From positions 672,001 to 736,000 of the forward strand of contig CAVTHO010000004.1 of assembly GCA_963734545.1 (NCBI GenBank): 64,000 nucleotides of DNA, in the 5' to 3' direction. Source of the DNA: an uncultured Spirochaetota bacterium (lineage in GTDB: Bacteria; Spirochaetota; Spirochaetia; SZUA-6; Fen-1364). The notes beneath the pieces are model-generated. The model ran no database searches and was not told the origin of the DNA. It was given only the letters and a program-made list of their open reading frames with translations. This document shows, one piece after another, positions 61,842 to 64,000 of the stretch; the stretch's first letter is position 1; the number at the start of each line of letters is the position of its first letter. The translations under genes and the position numbers were made by a program.

Positions 61842-62429
61842 ATGCACGAGGTCGCGCACAAGGATTACCGCAAGCAGATCCTTCAGACGGCGGGGAATGT
61901 CATCCGCCAGTTCGGATTCGAAAAAACCACGATGAGCGACATCGCGAGGGCTCTTCGCAAGGGAAAGAGCTCGCTGTACCACTATTTCTCGAACAAGGAC
62001 CAGATCTTCGAGGAGGTGCTGCGGAGCGAGATCGACGAGCTGAAGGTGGAGTTCATGAGGGTCATCGAAGCGGAGCCGACACCGGAGAGCAAGATACGCG
62101 CATATGTGCTCAACCGCATGGACATGTTCCGCAAGCTGGCCCGGCGGCACATGTCATTCATCGAAGGCACGGCGGAACGCTACGACCTGCTCCTGAAGAT
62201 CCACGAGGAGTACGACCATGAAGAGATAAGGATCATGGCGGAGATCTTCACGCGCGGCGTCGCGGAGGGGCATTTCACGATCAAGGACATCCCGGCCACT
62301 GCCGCTACCTTCGTGACCGCCCTCAAGGCATTCGAGTATCCCTTCTCAAAAGTGGCAAACGCCGCCCGAACGGCAAGAGAGCTGGATTCCCTGCTGGAAA
62401 TACTGTTCAGCGGAATATTGGCCCGTTGA
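61842..62429 (+). CDS. TetR/AcrR family regulator
   Basis: GFEKTTMSDIA.....KSSLYHYFSNKDQIF. GGAGG SD. Confidence 0.93.
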   Translation: MHEVAHKDYRKQILQTAGNVIRQFGFEKTTMSDIARALRKGKSSLYHYFSNKDQIFEEVLRSEIDELKVEFMRVIEAEPTPESKIRAYVLNRMDMFRKLARRHMSFIEGTAERYDLLLKIHEEYDHEEIRIMAEIFTRGVAEGHFTIKDIPATAATFVTALKAFEYPFSKVANAARTARELDSLLEILFSGILAR

Positions 62430-62432
62430 TAT

Positions 62433-64000
62433 ATGAAGAAACTCACCGGGCTGGTCTTCAGATACCGTCTCCCCATCATTGCCGTCTTTGCCGCGGTCAC
62501 GCTTTTCTTTGGCTATTGGATCAGGGAGATACGGATCAACAGCGACGTGACGAGCTACCTTCCCGGGGAAGATCCGGCGGTCGCGCTGTACAACCGGATG
62601 GACGAGAGGTTCGGGGGAAATGATCTCGTCATGACCGCGGTCACGGCGCCAGACATCTTCACGGTGCAGGCCCTCCGGGACATCGCCGCGCTTACGGACG
62701 CATTCGGCCGGCTCACCGGGGTGACCTCCGTGACCAGCCTGTCCAACGTGATGGACATACGCAAGGGAGCAGACGGCAGCATCGAGATCGGGAAGCTCAT
62801 TGACGCGGATGATCTGCCTGCCACGGACGGCCGGCTCCACGCGCTTCGCAATGACGTCATGGGCAGGGAGAGGTACCGGGGCAGCCTCGTGTCCATGGAC
62901 GCCACGTCCACCCTCATCGTCTGTCAGCTCGCGCGCGGCGCGGACAGAAGCGCCGTGGTGCGCGCCATGCAGGCCTCGGCCCGCTCCTCCGGCGTGCAGG
63001 AAAAACTCTACTTCGGGGGGGTGCCGGTTCTCGTGGCTGAGCTCAGCACGATCATGTTCCACGACCTTGTTCTGCTCATCCCCATCGTGCTGCTCCTGAT
63101 CATCCTGACCCTGTATGTCAGCTTTGGCACAGTCCGCGGAGTGCTGGTCCCCCTGGTCTCCGTCATCATCAGCACGGTCTGGGTGCTGGGTCTCATGGGT
63201 CTTTTCCGGGTGCCGCTGACACTCGTCTCAGACATCATTCCCGCGCTTCTTCTGGCCATCGGAACAGCCCCCTGCATTCACATCCTGAGCAAGTACGACG
63301 AAGACGTGACACTGTACGGCAGCAGCGGTGAGAAGTCCCAGGCTGCCTTCAGGGAGGTGGGCATCCGGGTCATCCTCGCTGCGCTCACGATCGTCCTCGG
63401 GTTTTCCTCCTTCATCATGGGGTCCTACCTCACCGCCATCCGGGATTTCGGCATCTTCTCTTCGATCGGGGTGTGCTTCTCCCTGATCGTCTCCGTCGTT
63501 TTCGTTCCCGCGCTGCTGGCCACCCTCACCGTCAGGCCGAAGCGCGTCAACCCGGAAAGGACCGCGCGGCTCCGGCGAGCGGGAGCACCGCCCATCGCCA
63601 GGGCAATGAGCGCCTGGGGGGACATGGTGGTCCGGCACAGAAAGGCCATCCTCATAGCAGGCGCCATCGTTCTGATCGCGGGCGCCGCGGGAATCCCGCT
63701 GATCCAGCAGAAGGCGGATTTCGCCTTCTTCCTCCCCCCGTCAAACGGCGTGCGGTTGACCGAGAATCTTCTCCAGAATGATTTCGGAGGCTCCCGGCCG
63801 CTCCAGATACATTTTTCCGGTGATATGCAGAATCCGTTCGTGCTCAAGGAGATGCTCCGGCTCGAGCGTTTTCTCGAAGGCCGGGGGCTTGCCCGCAACC
63901 CGATCTCCGTGGCGGACCTGATTGCAGAGATGAATGACATCATGGAAAACCGCAAGACCGTCCCGGACAGCCAGGAGAAAGTAGCGAACCTCATGTTCCT
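62433..64000 (+). CDS. MMPL/RND-family transporter (runs off window end)
   Basis: Manual translation begins MKKLTGLVFRYRLPIIAVF...INSDVTSYLPGEDP...FGG. It has GGVPV, a TM bundle with LTIVLGFSS and DFGIFSSIGV, then a second repeat half. Confidence 0.9.
   Translation, partial: MKKLTGLVFRYRLPIIAVFAAVTLFFGYWIREIRINSDVTSYLPGEDPAVALYNRMDERFGGNDLVMTAVTAPDIFTVQALRDIAALTDAFGRLTGVTSVTSLSNVMDIRKGADGSIEIGKLIDADDLPATDGRLHALRNDVMGRERYRGSLVSMDATSTLIVCQLARGADRSAVVRAMQASARSSGVQEKLYFGGVPVLVAELSTIMFHDLVLLIPIVLLLIILTLYVSFGTVRGVLVPLVSVIISTVWVLGLMGLFRVPLTLVSDIIPALLLAIGTAPCIHILSKYDEDVTLYGSSGEKSQAAFREVGIRVILAALTIVLGFSSFIMGSYLTAIRDFGIFSSIGVCFSLIVSVVFVPALLATLTVRPKRVNPERTARLRRAGAPPIARAMSAWGDMVVRHRKAILIAGAIVLIAGAAGIPLIQQKADFAFFLPPSNGVRLTENLLQNDFGGSRPLQIHFSGDMQNPFVLKEMLRLERFLEGRGLARNPISVADLIAEMNDIMENRKTVPDSQEKVANLMF

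Noticed and set aside
426-62500. Many long antisense or alternate-frame ORFs (e.g. 426-1913, 16862-19063, 20222-21817, 54848-56401)
   Set aside because: Shadow ORFs expected in high-GC DNA. They overlap well-supported genes and carry no motifs.
1-64000. tRNA, rRNA, IS or prophage genes
   Set aside because: No cloverleaf/T-loop signatures, rRNA-like stretches, transposase, integrase or phage structural motifs were recognised by eye.

Overview
High-GC bacterial chromosome segment, most likely from a free-living Spirochaetia. This is inferred from a DUF5312-like gene, a MurE with a DEDPR motif, a FemAB-type ligase and spirochete-style lipoproteins. Many single-base indels split genes, which looks like an unpolished long-read assembly, so several ORF-track 'fusions' are artefacts. 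The window holds a polyol ABC/SDR/FGGY-kinase operon, leuB, a metY-cysK-rrf2-mnmA(-lysA) cluster, a TetR/ABC-2 exporter, an Opp-type ABC system, a copZ two-component operon, metG-fem, hflKC, queD plus an orphan adenine MTase, murE-X-ddl, rubredoxin-queG, gpmA, MATE and SET genes. It also carries a ~16 kb surface-protein region with three Ig-like lipoproteins, two beta-barrel partners (one with a transglutaminase-like C-H-E domain), an adenylate/guanylate cyclase and a FakA-FakB fusion with plsY. A TetR-MMPL pair closes the window. No rRNA, tRNA, transposase or cas gene was seen. The most striking unexplained signal is a dispersed family of 22-25 nt 'RAAT-hairpin-CGC' elements. Their stems co-vary, they form tandem arrays, they nest inside each other's loops, and they insert in frame into protein genes.
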